From: a bacterium
GTDB lineage: Bacteria > UBA8248 > JACPRG01 > G963555815
Length of the DNA: 64,000 bases
Reading direction: 5' to 3'
NCBI GenBank assembly: GCA_965261595.1
Contig: CBDHDG010000004.1
Coordinates: 576,001 to 640,000 of the forward strand
The position numbers and the translations under genes were made by a program. Of this stretch, positions 20,947-32,805 are shown piece after piece. The notes below the pieces were generated by a model, which did not search any database, was not told the DNA's origin, and worked only from the letters and a program-made list of their open reading frames with translations. The first letter of the stretch is position 1. The number at the start of each line of letters is the position of its first letter.

Positions 20947-22350
20947 TCCCCCGCTCTAGGGTTTTGTTGGACACTCGATTGATCCATGATTCATGGAGAA
21001 AGGGGTGTCGCGATGAACGAACAAAAGCAAGAGGGGGCTTTGGCGGAGGGCGCCCGCAGGGCGAACGGAGCCAAGGCCCCAGGGCATCGCAGTGAGCGGG
21101 GTCGGTTCTCCTGCCAGCGCAAGCGGGAGGCGGTCCTGCGTCTTTTGCGGGGCGAGAGCCTGGAGACGCTCTGCCGCGAGTTGGGCACGACAGCGGCTCG
21201 GCTTTCCGCCTGGCGCGAGGCGTTCCTTCGCGGGGGCGAGGCGGCGCTCAAAGCTCGCCCGGCGGATGAGCGGGCCGAGGAGAACGCCCGGCTCAAGGCC
21301 AAGGTGGGCGAACTCACGATGGAGGGCGAGGTCCTGCGGGAGAAGATCGACCGCCTGGAGGCCGGCCGCCCTTTAGCCGGCAGGAGGTGGAGGCGATGAG
21401 TCAGGCCCGCTTCACCTCCACGGGCAGAGCCTACGGCCTGAAGCGGGTGTGCGCCCTTTGGGGCTTGGCGCGCTCCACGGTCTACGCGCAACGGCGGCGA
21501 GAGGCGGTCCCCGTTCATGAACGCCCCACGCCCAATAAGCGCGGCCCTGTGGGCCCGTGCACCGATGCGGAACTCCTCGGTCACATCCGGCAGGTCCTGG
21601 AGGACTCTCCCTTCCATGGCGAGGGCTACCGCAAGGTGTGGGCGAGGCTGCGCTTCGCGGGCATCCGCACCAGCAAGGAGCGGGTGCGTCGCCTGATGCG
21701 GGAGGCGGGGCTTCAGGCCCCCCACCGGGTGGGCAAACCCCGAGGTCCCAAGGCCCACAACGGGACCATCCGCACCGAGCGGCCCGACCGAATGTGGGGC
21801 ACGGACATGACGACGACGGTGACCACCGAGGAGGGGATGGCCTCGGTGTTCGTGGCGGTGGATCACTGCTCGGTGGACTGCGTGGGGATCCATGCGGCCA
21901 AGAGCGGCAACCGCTTCGAGGCCCTGGAGCCGATCCGGCAGGGGGTCGCCGAGCGCTTCGCCGGCTTGGAGGCGGACGTCGCCGAGGGGCTTAAAGTTCG
22001 TCACGACCACGGCCCCGCCTATCTGTCCGATGACTTTCAGCGGGAGATCGCCTACCTGGGCATGACCAGTTCGCCCAGCTTCGTGCGGGCGCCCGAGGGA
22101 AATGGCTACTGTGAGTGGTTCATCCGCATCTTGAAGGAGAATCTCCTGTGGGTGCGCTCTTTCGCCACCGTAGAGGAACTGCGGTGGGCGCTGCTTGAGT
22201 TCAAGAACCTGTACAACCATCATTGGATTCTCGAGGGCTACGGCTACCGAACGCCGGCCCAGGCAAGGCAGGAAAAACTCGCTCAAGTTGCGGAGGCCGC
22301 ATGAGGTCGAATACCCTCACCCGAGTGTCCAATAACCCAGGGGCGGTCCA
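20947..22350 (+). mobile_element. IS3-family IS, copy 3 (1404 bp), nested in the cassette
   Basis: Near-identical to copies 1 and 2; TSD AGGT at 20943-20946 and 22351-22354. Confidence 0.95.
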
Positions 22351-22407
22351 AGGTCAGGGTGATGGGAGAGTCAATGAGATTGGCCAATCTTATTTGTGGC
22401 AGTGTCG

Positions 22408-24137
22408 TCACATTAGCCCAAATATATAAGTCCCTTTCAAAAGCCCATCCCCATCCCGCAAGTCCATGCGAATCAACGCATCGTGCGGGCAGGCCCGCTG
22501 GCAGGCGGGGCCGCCCATCTGGTCGATGCACAGGTCGCATTTCGTCGCCTTCTCAATCGGAAGGTTCGTTTCCTGGTCCAAGAAGAGGTTTCCTTTCGGG
22601 TCTTGGATCGGGACCATCCGGATGTTGTCATAGGGACAACTGTTCGCGCAGGTCGAGCACCCGATGCAGGTGGCGTCGTTGATGACGACCTGCCCGCCAT
22701 CGCGGTCGCGATGGATCGCTCCAGTCGGGCAACCAATCATACACACCGGATCGATGCAGTGCATGCACGCGCTCGCGATCATGTAACGGCCGTCCCGCTT
22801 CCCGTGTCGGATGAAGCGCGGGTTGTTGTCGTGCGTCTCCGCGCAGGCCCGGACACATTCGTCGCACCGGGTGCATCGATCCAGGTCGATGACCATGGCG
22901 GCCATCCCGTTGATGAACCGGTTGTCGACGAGAAACTCTTGGAAGCCGATTTCAAGCTCCGCGCCTTTTCGCGCGTCCCGCCAGGCCGATCGGGCGGCCG
23001 GACGAGGCGTGACCCTCGGCGGGAGCGTCTCCTTCGGCAGCGTCGGGAGGACATACTTCTCAATGATGGCCGTCGGCACACGTAAAACACCGACGAATCC
23101 CACGGCCCGCAAGGTCTTTTGAAGAGGAACCGCCTCGCCGAATTGCCAGTTGTGGGCGATTTCCTCGAAGCCGAACGTCGCCCCCCGGCCCAGATAGCTG
23201 ACCGTCCGGTGGCCGCTTTCGATGACCTCGGAGAGTCGCGCGAAACCCGTGCGGATCAGAATCAACCCGTCGGCGTAGTGCCCCTCCTGGGCGATGACGG
23301 GTTCGTCCTCAAGCCGCTCGGCCGCCTCTTTGGCGGCCAGGGACTTGAACGTTCCATACCAGTCGAAGGTCCCATATGTCTCGAAAAGGACGCTGTCCGC
23401 GACCACCTTTTGGTCTTCCTCGTTGAGCCGGCGGAACTCGGGAAGCTCATTCAGATAGACTTTCAGGCTGCGTTCCCGGTAGAGCCGATCGATGTATTTC
23501 CGCACCCCGTCGTCCCAGCGCCGGATATCGCGCAGCCCCTGCCATCGAACCTCGAGGAGCACGCACTCGCCGTCGGCGAAGACCGTCGGCGTCCGCGGGT
23601 GCCGGCCCAACGCCGCAAGTTCGCCGAACAACGTGCCCGCATGAAGGGGGGTGCTTTTGTATCGATCCAAAATGGCGGGTACGTCCTGAAGGAAAATACG
23701 CGTGTCCCGGCCCTCGCCCGACTGGGCGAAACCGCCGGACCTGTTGTGTTTCACCCGCTCCGGACTTCGGGAAGCCGGGGGTTCGACCAAAGCTGGCCGA
23801 GGGCCCGGAAGAAACCTTTCCCCTGGGGCTCGCGCCGTCCGAGGAGCGACTCCTCCAGAGGATCGATGGCGACGCGGACGGACCCCTCCAGGACCAGGAA
23901 GGCGGAATGTCCGTAATCTCCCCGGCGCACGATGATCTCGCCGTCATGGCACCTCAGGATGCGCGAGTCGTTCTTCAGGATGTCGCGAATCGGCGCGCCC
24001 GGAGGGAAGTTGGCGAGATCGACTTGATCGAGCGGCGGCTTCGTCAAGAGCCAATCGATGTCCGCGTCGGACATTTCGGCCGAAAACGGCTCGTCCCGCA
24101 TCTGAGGGCGCTTTATGGCTAGGGGTTCAGCCGGCAT
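22408..24137 (-). pseudogene. Two cNMP-binding domains fused to a 4x[4Fe-4S] ferredoxin domain; frameshift near 23760, C-terminus altered by the cassette
   Basis: IVRRGDYG, FGELAAL and FGFEE cNMP motifs; CTRCDEC, CMHC, CIGCSTCANSCP and CDLC...CQRACP. Confidence 0.88.
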
Positions 24138-24174
24138 GCGAGGCAATCTTGCGATTCGGGTGGAACTGCCCGGG

Positions 24175-25219
24175 CTATGGCGCTGGAGTCCCCTTGTACG
24201 CATTCGCTTGGGGAATCATCGGATCCAGGGCCGCCCACGCATCGCCGTTCGAGGGGTCAGACAGCTTCTTCGCCCCCTCGGGAACCTTCTCGGCGGCCGC
24301 AAGAAGAGCGTCTGAATGATTCGGTTTGAGCTCCACCGCGGACACGGCGGCCAGGATCGCGTCGATCTCGGTCACCTTGACCAGCCCAGCCGCACGTTTC
24401 AGGGACTCGATTGCGGCCGCCGCGCGCGCCGCCATCCTCTGGGCGTACACCCCATCGGCGCCGGCCTTGGCCAACCCGCGCAGGTTGTACTCCAGCTTCA
24501 CAGCCTGGCCGACGAGAAAGAGAACCCGCTTGACCTCCACCGAGGCCTCGGCGTTCCGCTTTCCTTCAGAGGCGACGAAGTTGTGGAGGACCTCGCCCTG
24601 CGACCATGCGACGAGCTCGAAATCGCTTCCGGGCGGATGGCTCCCCACGTTCACCAGCTTCTCATTGGGGACGGTGTGGCACCCCAAACAGCCCGAGGCG
24701 AGACGAGTAGATCTCGACGGGCCGGATCATGCCGGCCGCTTTTATTTTCGCGAGCCGCATTTCTCTGTGCCCGGGGGTTTCATCTTTTTTTGCTATGTTG
24801 TCGTCGTCCCCGAATTTCTGATGAACGTCCACCCAGTCAACGGCCGCCCCGTGGCAGGACTCGCAGGAGACGCCCGCAATGGCTTTTGTCCGATTCCCTC
24901 TCGGTATCGAGGTGTAGTGGCAGCCCGCGCAAAAACCCCGTTTGATGAGCCTGACGTTCATCGCCTTGGCGATCTTTCGGCTCACCTTGCGCCGCGGATT
25001 CTTCGTCAAACTCCGGAATCCTTTGGCGTGCTTTGACGCCTTCCACGCTTTCACCGCGGACTCATGGCATTGGCCGCACTTTTTGGGTCCGACCACCTTC
25101 TTCGGGTCCGGGGCGGCCGTGGCTGTCCCCGCCAGTGCGCCGCACACCAGACCCAAGGCGGCGGCGATCCAAAGGCGGCGGCATCCCAAACCCAACAGGA
25201 AATATTTTCCGCTAAACAT
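24175..25219 (-). pseudogene. Tetraheme c554-like cytochrome, frameshift near 24703
   Basis: Signal peptide; CGQCH, CAGCH and CESCH, plus CLGCH in the second frame. Confidence 0.85.
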
Positions 25220-25359
25220 CACTGACCCTCTATCGTTTGCGCCGGATATCAATGCCTGAAAACGGGCAATTTTTGGTATCCAGCTTCAAATGCCAATTTG
25301 CCGTTCCGCAATTTAGGCCATCAGGGTGTGCTGTCGGGTCTCCGCCCAGCCGTTTAAAG

Positions 25360-25375
25360 AGCACAAATTGTGCCA
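25360..25375 (-). promoter_or_regulatory. Candidate sigma-54 promoter
   Basis: Minus-strand TGGCACAATTTGTGCT gives GG-N10-GC about 140 bp upstream of the c554-like gene. Confidence 0.5.
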
Positions 25376-25442
25376 CAAATCCGCGTCCCCCCGCAAGCTA
25401 TTTTGCCCCAGCGCCTTATGAGACTCGCATGCGGGGAAACGC

Positions 25443-26733
25443 TCACGCCTCCAACGTCAGATCGGCCTTGGGGACGGAAATACAAGTCAGACAGGATCCT
25501 TCCTCCGGAATCGCGCCGGGCTCCTGAAGGTAGTCCACCTCCCCTTCTTTCACAGCCGTAAGACAGGTTCCGCAATTTCCCGCCTGGCAGCCGGAGTTCA
25601 TGGCGATTCCGTTGCTGAGGGCGAAGTCCAGAAGGGAGCCGATCGAGTGATCCCAAGGCAGGGTTTTGTCGCTTTTGGCGAACGTGACTTCAATCCCGGG
25701 CCCGGCTTCCGCCTCGGGCGCCCCGGGCGGGGTCCCCTTCTTTTTCACGCCGGCGGGCCCGAAGGCCTCGTGGTGGACCCTGCTCTCGGGCACGCCCCAC
25801 TCATCGAGCTGCTTGGTGATCGCGTCCATCATGGGGCCCGGCCCGCAGATATAGAAGTCATAGTTGTTCGAGGGAAGCAGCCGTTTGAAGAGATCGACCC
25901 CCACCCACCCGCTGTGGCAGTGGTCCCCGCCCTCCACGTCGCCCTCCTCGGGCTCGCTGTAACACACATGGAGGCGGACGTTCTCGTTCTCGGCCGCGAT
26001 CCGCTCGAGGTGCTCTTTGAAGATGCACTCCTTCCCGTTCCGCACGCCCAAGAACATCCACGCCTCGCGCCGCGATCCCGACTGGACGACGGCGTTCAAT
26101 ATGCTCAGAAGCGGAGTGATTCCAATTCCGCCGGCGATCAGGACGATCGGACGCGATTCGCTCATGTCGATATAGAAAACCCCCCTCGGCGCCATGACGT
26201 CGAGGATGTCGCCCTCTTTCAAGCGGTCGTGGAAGAAGCTGGAGGCCGCCCCGGGCGGCGCGTCGGGCTGATCAGGGGGCGGCGGGATTTTTTTGATGGT
26301 GACGCGGTACTGGATTGGAGGAATTCGCGCAATCCGACAGCGAATAGCACCGGACCACCTTCCTCTCGTCACTTTGACCCTCCCCATGGAGGTTGAGGTC
26401 GAATGTGAGGTATTGGCCCGGTTTGAATGAGGGCAGCGGCTTTCCATCGTGCGGCGCGAGGAGGAAAGAGTAGACGTCCCGGCATTCCGGAACTTTTTTC
26501 TGGATCCGGAATTTTCGGTTGCCGGCCGAAGCGTGCTCACCGCTCGCAACCTCGCCGGCGACGCCTTTGGCAATCTCGACCTGGCGACGGAGCAACTCCC
26601 GCGCGAGCCTTTGCTGGCCCCTGTCGTGGGCCAGCCGATTCAGCGACGAGAACAAGAGGATCGCAACCTGGATCAGGACCGCCGCAACGATGACGGCGCC
26701 CACGATTTGGATGACGTTGAGCGATGGCGTCAA
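25443..26733 (-). pseudogene. Membrane-anchored FAD/NAD(P)H oxidoreductase with a C-terminal 2Fe-2S domain; frameshift near 26312
   Basis: FKPGQYL, RCYSLS, AGGIGITP, YICGPGPMM and SGCQAGNCGTC motifs split over two frames; N-terminal TM segment. Start approximate. Confidence 0.88.
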
Positions 26734-27292
26734 GCCCGCCCTCCCTCCGATGTGATGCCCATAAACGGAATGAAGCCGGAACACGTTCGCGGAAAGAACA
26801 AAAGCGCCCAGCTCGTTGTCCTCCCAGTGCATATTATATTTGTTTCTTTCTGACTACCAGAGATTTGCAGCGGAACCGACGGCCGGGAGAGGGGAAGGGC
26901 CGGATTTCGGATTATCTCCACCATAACTCGGTGTTCTGTGATTCACATTCAGGCCGAACCCCCGCAAGTGATTGCGTTTGAACCCGGTGACCGGGAGGGG
27001 GGGGGAGGAAAATCCTCCGCAGGGAGAACAATCGTTCCGGGTTGTTTATCCAAAACATTGAAATTCTTTCGTACATCCCCCCCACGACCCAGGTGGGACA
27101 CGCAAAACGCGTGATGTCTGAGAGGAAACCGGCCACGACACGGCCAAACAGGCGGGACAGCCCAACACCCCCGGCGCGGAATCGAAATTGCATAATTCAA
27201 CAGATGGATTACAATACAAAGTGAGGAAGACAACCGACTGGACGACCGCACCCCAATCCAACATCCGGGCTTCCGGCCGCAGGGAGGTGAGA

Positions 27293-29163
27293 ATGCCACA
27301 ACCACGCTCGGTCGGAATCAGAGACATCCTCGGCATCGCTGCGGCGCTGGGTCTTTCATTCTTCCTGATCGCGACACCCGCGCGGGCCGCCTCCCCCTCC
27401 CCCACCGCGGAAAAACCCGCCAAACCGAAGGTTGAAAAATCCCTCCAGGGTCCGCGCCTGGCGCAGGGAGCCAAACCGGCAAAGTCAAACGGCGCGGAGA
27501 CGGACGCCCGGGCCGCCCACGCGGCCCTCCTTGCCGAAAGCAAGTATCCCTCGGCGGCGACGTGCGGATCCTGCCATCCGCAACACTACAACAAGAGTGG
27601 TCGGTCTCACAGCATTCATATTCTCAACTGAGTCCGATGTACATGGCTATCAACAACTTTCTCAATTCAGTGACCAGCGGGACCATGGGGGACTTCTGCC
27701 TGCGCTGCCACAGCCAGGTCGGCGCGAACCTCGGCGAATCGTCATTCATCTCCAACCTCGAGCGGCATCCAACCTCCCGGGAAGGCATCACCTGCGTGGT
27801 GTGTCACCGGACCAACAAGGTATACAACAAGGTCAGCGGACGCATCGCCCTGGTCGAGGGGAGCCTCCTCGACCCCGTCTATGGACCCACCGGCAACAAG
27901 GAGCTCGCCCGCGTTTTGAAAGAGGGGCGGTTCGAAACGAAGGACATCAAGAAACCGGGACGGAAGATCCACAGAAAGGCGATAAAATTTTCCGCGATCT
28001 CCTCCTCGACTTTCTGCGGCACCTGCCACGATGTCACCCTGGTCAACGGCTTCCGGTTGGAAGAGGCCTTCAGCGAATACCGGGTCTCACCGGCCGCCCG
28101 TCGCGGTGTCTCCTGTCAGGACTGCCACATGGGCAAGGTCCAGGGGGTCGCCGCGGGTTATAACCGCGGGCCCGCCGCGATTGTCGACGGCAAACCGACC
28201 CGGACGCGGAAGATCACCAACCACCTGTTCGCCGGGCCGGATTACTCGGTCATCCATCCGGGGATCTTTCCGCATAACACCGACGCCCAGCAGATGGCCA
28301 CGCTCCGGGAATGGCTCAAGTTCAATTACAAGGCAGGCTGGGGAACGGACAAGTTCGAGGACGACGCCGGTGACGACTACAAGTTCCCGGAGCGTTGGGA
28401 GTCGCTCGACGACCGATACGAAGCGCGTGATATCCTCGACTAACAGTTCAAGCGCCTCGAATGGGCGCGGGAAAAACGCCTGGAGCTCCTGCGCAACGGA
28501 TACCTCCTCGGCCCCATCGAGACCCTGCGTGCCGCCAAGGAAGGCATCGGCTTCCGAGTCCAGGTGAAAAACGCCACCGACGGACACAACGTGCCGACCG
28601 GCTTCACGGGCGAGCGTTTGGTGTGGCTCCAGGTGACGGTCATAGACCGCACGGGGGCCGTGATTTTCCGATCGGGAGATTTGGACCCCAACGGCGACCT
28701 GCGCGATGTCGAATCATCTTACGTCCACAACGGCGAGTTGCCGCTGGACCGCCAGCTCTTCAACCTCCAGTCGCGCTTCGTGGTCAAGAACCTTCGCGGC
28801 GGCGAGCGGGAGCGGGTGATCCCCATCCCCTACCCCATCAGCGCGCTGCCTTTCGTCCGGCCGTCCATCTTCTCCCTGATCCTCACGGGCGAGCCGACGA
28901 CGGAGCGAAACCACCGAAAAGGCATCGAGCCCCTGGGACACCGCTGGGCGAAATACCGGATCCCGGGCAAGGCCCTCACCGGGAAAGGCCCCTATCAGGC
29001 CAACGTCAAGCTCATGGCCGCCATGATACCGATCAATCTGGTTGCGGCCGTTCAAGGCGTGGGGTTCGATTTCAACATGAGCGCCCGCGCGGTGGGCGAC
29101 GCGGTGGTGGCCGGACACGACGTCCTCTGGGAAAAAAATGTCGCCTTCAAGATCGACCCCTAG
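27293..29163 (+). pseudogene. Pentaheme cytochrome c; frameshift near 27592 and in-frame TAA at 28441
   Basis: Signal peptide; CGSCH, CLRCH, CVVCH, CGTCH and CQDCH. The frame continues past the TAA into DGHNVPTG...ER. Confidence 0.88.
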
Positions 29164-29257
29164 TAGAATCACCGAGATTCAGGGCGCTTGAGGACGCAGG
29201 CCCGTATCTGATATACAACGGGCTGGATGATAAGGTCCGCAATGGAGACTTTCGTGT

Positions 29258-30675
29258 ATGCGCCAATCGCCTAGACGCTTGCTTGGGCCGTTCCTTCCGG
29301 CGACGGGCGCCGTCGTCCGCCTCGCACTCGCCCTCCTTCTTTCCGGGGCGCTGTCGGCTTGCGGCGGGATATACCCTTTGAGCGAGACAACGAAGGTCAG
29401 CCGGCTTCCCGACAAACCCATCCGGTTCCGGACGAAAGGAGATATTCCGGATCGGCCTCCACTCATCCTGGAGCTGGGCGATCCCTTCCTGGCCCCGGGC
29501 AATCTCCGCGCCGGCTTCGAGCTGCCGACGGGCGCGGTGTGGCAACCGAGGCTCTGGGTGTTCGGGACTTTACGGACCGCGCTTCAGACCTTCGACAACG
29601 GCGTCACCCCGCCCACCCCGGAATGGGTGAACCGTTTTGACCTGTTCGCCAACCTCCAGCTGACGGGAACCGAAAAGATCGTCTTCGGCATCCGCCCCCT
29701 GGACAAAAACCGATTCAACGCCTTTTCCGGCTACGCCATTGAAGAGGACAGGGTCAAAAACGAGCTCAACGCGAACATCCGCACCTTCTTCTTTGAGGGC
29801 GACTTCGGAAGCCTGTTTCCAATCTGGACAAGCAGGGATTCCTCCCCATCGATCTCGGCTTTTCGATCGGCCGCCAGCCGCTCCTGTTCCAGGACGGCAT
29901 TCTGATCAACGACACCGTCGACTCGTTTGGGCTCGTCCGCAACAACGTTCGCCTTCCCGGCGTGTCGAACCTGCGCATCTCCGGCGTTTACGGGTGGGAC
30001 GAGCTCGACACCCGCAACGACCGACAGGCCTATATGTTGGGACTTTTCCTCGCGGCTGACATACCGACCAGCACGCTGGAGCTCGACGCCATCTACGTCA
30101 ACGAAGACCGGCCCGACAGGGGCTCTTTCCATGCCGGCTTCGCTACAACCCAAAGAATCGGGCACATCAGCACCACGTTCCGGGTCCTCGGCTCTTACGC
30201 CGAGGCCGAGAGCAACGCCCGTGTCGCGGACGGCGTCCTGTTGACTTCCGAGGTGTCGTGGACGCCGCAATCCTCGGACGACATCGTATACATCACCTCC
30301 TATGTGGCGATCGATAACTTCACGCAGGCGGGACGGGAGCCGATCGTCGGAGGTCCCTTGGCGGCGCTCGGGATTCTGTTCGCCTCACCGGGCCTCGGAA
30401 ACCATCTGTCCGAGCTTAGCAGCCTCACCAACGACATCGTGGGCGGCGCAGTCGGATACCAGGCGTTCTGGGACAACCACCGCCGCAACCTCGTCCTGGA
30501 GCTGGCGGGTCGAGCGGACACGAGCGGCGAAGGACTCAACGACTTCGCCTTGGGCTTTCAATTCCAACAGGCGTTTTTCCGGCGGATCCTCCTCCAGGTC
30601 GAAAGCTTCTACGCCGTTCAGGAAGATCGGGACGACGCTTACGGGGCCCGTTCGGAGATCCTCATCCAGTTCTAA
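29258..30675 (+). pseudogene. Probable outer-membrane beta-barrel/porin, frameshift near 29820
   Basis: Alternating amphipathic strands, IGRQPLLFQDG and a C-terminal ILIQF; possible lipobox LSAC. Confidence 0.7.
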
Positions 30676-30834
30676 CGTTGCCGTTCCCGCCCTCGAACCT
30701 TTCTCCCGGCGCGAACCTCATTCCTATTCCACGCAAGTGATTTTCTACGGAGGCGGGAGCGGTCCGGCTGTCGGAAAGCGCCTCCCCTTCCCTCTCTCCT
30801 TCCCGCCCGCCCGGTCCCCAACGGTCACCCCGGA

Positions 30835-31212
30835 TCATCCCACTGGGGCGATGCGCGCCTCGTTGCGGATGAAGGGCTCAAAGACCGCCATCAGGGATGA
30901 AGGCCATTCCAGCTCGGCGCAGATCGCGAACATGTGCTCGACCCACGCGTCTCTTTGTGCGTCGGTGATTGGAAGCGGGTGGTGGGCGTTGATCAGGGAC
31001 CTGATGCCGCGCTGCCGCGTGTACTCCCGCGGGCCGCCGAGGACCTCGATCAAGAAGAGCGCCATGCGCCCGGCATGGTCCTCCTCCGGGTCCCGGAACA
31101 ATGGGTGCAGAAGCGGGTCCGCGAGGATGCGGTCGTAGAACTTCCCGGTCAGCCGGTGGATTCCCGCATCCCCGCCGGCCAATTCATAGAGGCTTTCCAC
31201 CACGGGAGACAT
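30835..31212 (-). CDS. Group II truncated hemoglobin
   Basis: SLYELAGG..GI.RL..KFY..I.ADP.L, FL.EVLGGPREY and H....IT..QRDAW motifs. Confidence 0.9.
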   Translation of the reverse strand: MSPVVESLYELAGGDAGIHRLTGKFYDRILADPLLHPLFRDPEEDHAGRMALFLIEVLGGPREYTRQRGIRSLINAHHPLPITDAQRDAWVEHMFAICAELEWPSSLMAVFEPFIRNEARIAPVG

Positions 31213-31276
31213 CCAACTCAGTCGGGGTCCAAGGGACCCGAAGCAATTTGAAACCCCGAACAATACACCTTAGCGG

Positions 31277-31750
31277 CTAGTGCGACCCGGAGACCGACAA
31301 CCCATGTTTTTCGAAATACTGCTGATGATAATCCTCCGCCGGGTAATACACCGAAGCGGCCGTGATCTCCGTCACGATGGGCCCGGGAAACCGGCCGGCT
31401 TTCTCGGCTTCCTCCTTCGACGCCCGGGCCGAGGCTTCCTGTTCCGGGCTGTGGAAGAAAGCGGCCGAGCGATATTGCGTGCCCACGTCCGGACCCTGCC
31501 GATTCAGCGTGGTCGGGTCGTGGTTGGCCCAGAACACGTCCAAAAGCTCGTCGTAGGAGACCACGGACGGGTCGAACTCCACCTCGACGACTTCAGCGTG
31601 CCCCGTCCGTCCCGTGCACACGTCCTGATAGGTCGGGTTCTCGATTGTCCCGCCGCTGTATCCGACGCTTGTCGATGTCACCCCCCGGACCTGCCGGAAC
31701 GCCGCCTCGACGCCCCAGAAACATCCCGCTCCAAACGTGGCCTTCTCCAT
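31277..31750 (-). CDS. msrA: Peptide-methionine (S)-S-oxide reductase
   Basis: [19 protein letters not shown] and AEDYHQQY motifs. Confidence 0.97.
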   Translation of the reverse strand: MEKATFGAGCFWGVEAAFRQVRGVTSTSVGYSGGTIENPTYQDVCTGRTGHAEVVEVEFDPSVVSYDELLDVFWANHDPTTLNRQGPDVGTQYRSAAFFHSPEQEASARASKEEAEKAGRFPGPIVTEITAASVYYPAEDYHQQYFEKHGLSVSGSH

Positions 31751-31829
31751 GGACCGCTCCCTTCGTTTTGGAATCTCCGGCGAAGATGACCCGCCGATCT
31801 CCTCGGAGGCAATCCGAGCCGTCCGAGGC

Positions 31830-32279
31830 TTATCGGGCCATCCCCGCGTAATCCCAAGTCAACACGTTCACGGGGTCGAGACGGACCACCCGCGTCTTCC
31901 CGGCGCTGAGAATGCGGACATAAGGATGATCCTCCGACCCGCAGTGCCGATGCGCAAAGGCAATCTGGTAGGTGCGCAGGACATCGGGATCTTCCACAAC
32001 CTCGGCGCGCCCCTGAATCAGAACGCCCTGATACTCATCGAACCTTTCACCGGAATCCACCGTAAAGGAGATTTGGGGGTTGCCCCGGATATTGGCGATC
32101 TTTTTTCGGGGAACCCGCGTCGAAAAATGCACTTTCCCTTTCAGGAGGACGTACCACATGGGCACAACGTGCGGGAATCCGTCCGGGTCAATCGTTCCGA
32201 GGCGGCCCGTTGTCCGTTCGGCGAGGAAAACCTGGATCTCTTCCTCGCTCCAAGTGTTGTAGACCTGAGAGTCGCGCAT
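31830..32279 (-). CDS. Pyridoxamine 5'-phosphate oxidase-like (flavin/F420-binding split barrel) protein
   Basis: [28 protein letters not shown] and GVLIQGRA motifs. Confidence 0.85.
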   Translation of the reverse strand: MRDSQVYNTWSEEEIQVFLAERTTGRLGTIDPDGFPHVVPMWYVLLKGKVHFSTRVPRKKIANIRGNPQISFTVDSGERFDEYQGVLIQGRAEVVEDPDVLRTYQIAFAHRHCGSEDHPYVRILSAGKTRVVRLDPVNVLTWDYAGMAR

Positions 32280-32418
32280 TCAATCTTCCTCCGAAGACCC
32301 GTCTAGAAAAACCCGCACCGCCCGGCCCTTCCCCGACCGGGAACCGTGGTCCGGCCGCCCGCTTATCCCGACCCGGACATTTTCCTCGCAAGACATAGCC
32401 GCTTTCCGCCGGGGCGCA

Positions 32419-32805
32419 TCAAGGCAACGCGGCGACGGCCTCGATCTCCACGCACAGGTCCGGCGGAATCAGCCGCTTGACGGCGAAGGCGGAGCTGGCC
32501 GGGGGGTCCTTTGGAAAGTATTCCGCCCGCACGGCGTTCATGTCCGCGTAGTCATCCGGGTCGGTCAGGAACACCGTCAGCTTGACGACGTTCTCCAGCG
32601 ATCCCCCCGCCGCCTCCAGAACGGCCTTGATGTTCTCGAACGTCTGCCGGGTCTGGGCCGTTACGCTTCCATCGCCGGCCATCTTTCCCTGTGGATCCAA
32701 GCCCACGGTCCCGGAGACGAAAACGAGGTTGCCGGTCTTGACGCCCAAAGAGTATGGGCCGACGGGGGCCGGCGCCCGGTCCGTCGTGATGACCTCCTTC
32801 TCCAA
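32419..32805 (-). CDS. Rid (YjgF/YER057c/UK114) family protein
   Basis: APAPVGPYS, LVFVSG and VEIEAVA motifs. Confidence 0.92.
   Translation of the reverse strand: MEKEVITTDRAPAPVGPYSLGVKTGNLVFVSGTVGLDPQGKMAGDGSVTAQTRQTFENIKAVLEAAGGSLENVVKLTVFLTDPDDYADMNAVRAEYFPKDPPASSAFAVKRLIPPDLCVEIEAVAALP

Larger units (their letters stand above)
19167..22434. mobile_element. Transposase-less mobile cassette (IS1595-like ends) carrying passenger genes
   Basis: 23-bp IR GGGACTTATATATTTGGG(T/C)TAAT with an 8-bp TSD TTTCAAAA at 19159-19166 and 22435-22442. Confidence 0.88.

Noticed and set aside
20747..20974. N-terminal extension of the lipoprotein (450-aa ORF)
   Set aside because: It begins inside the IS; the signal peptide and lipobox start at ATG 20746.
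28441..28443. Recoded stop (Sec/Pyl) in the pentaheme cytochrome
   Set aside because: The codon is TAA and the gene also has a frameshift, so a nonsense mutation is simpler.
23750..29830. Programmed frameshifting in the cytochrome cluster
   Set aside because: No slippery heptamers were evident at the shift sites, and the lesions are of mixed types.
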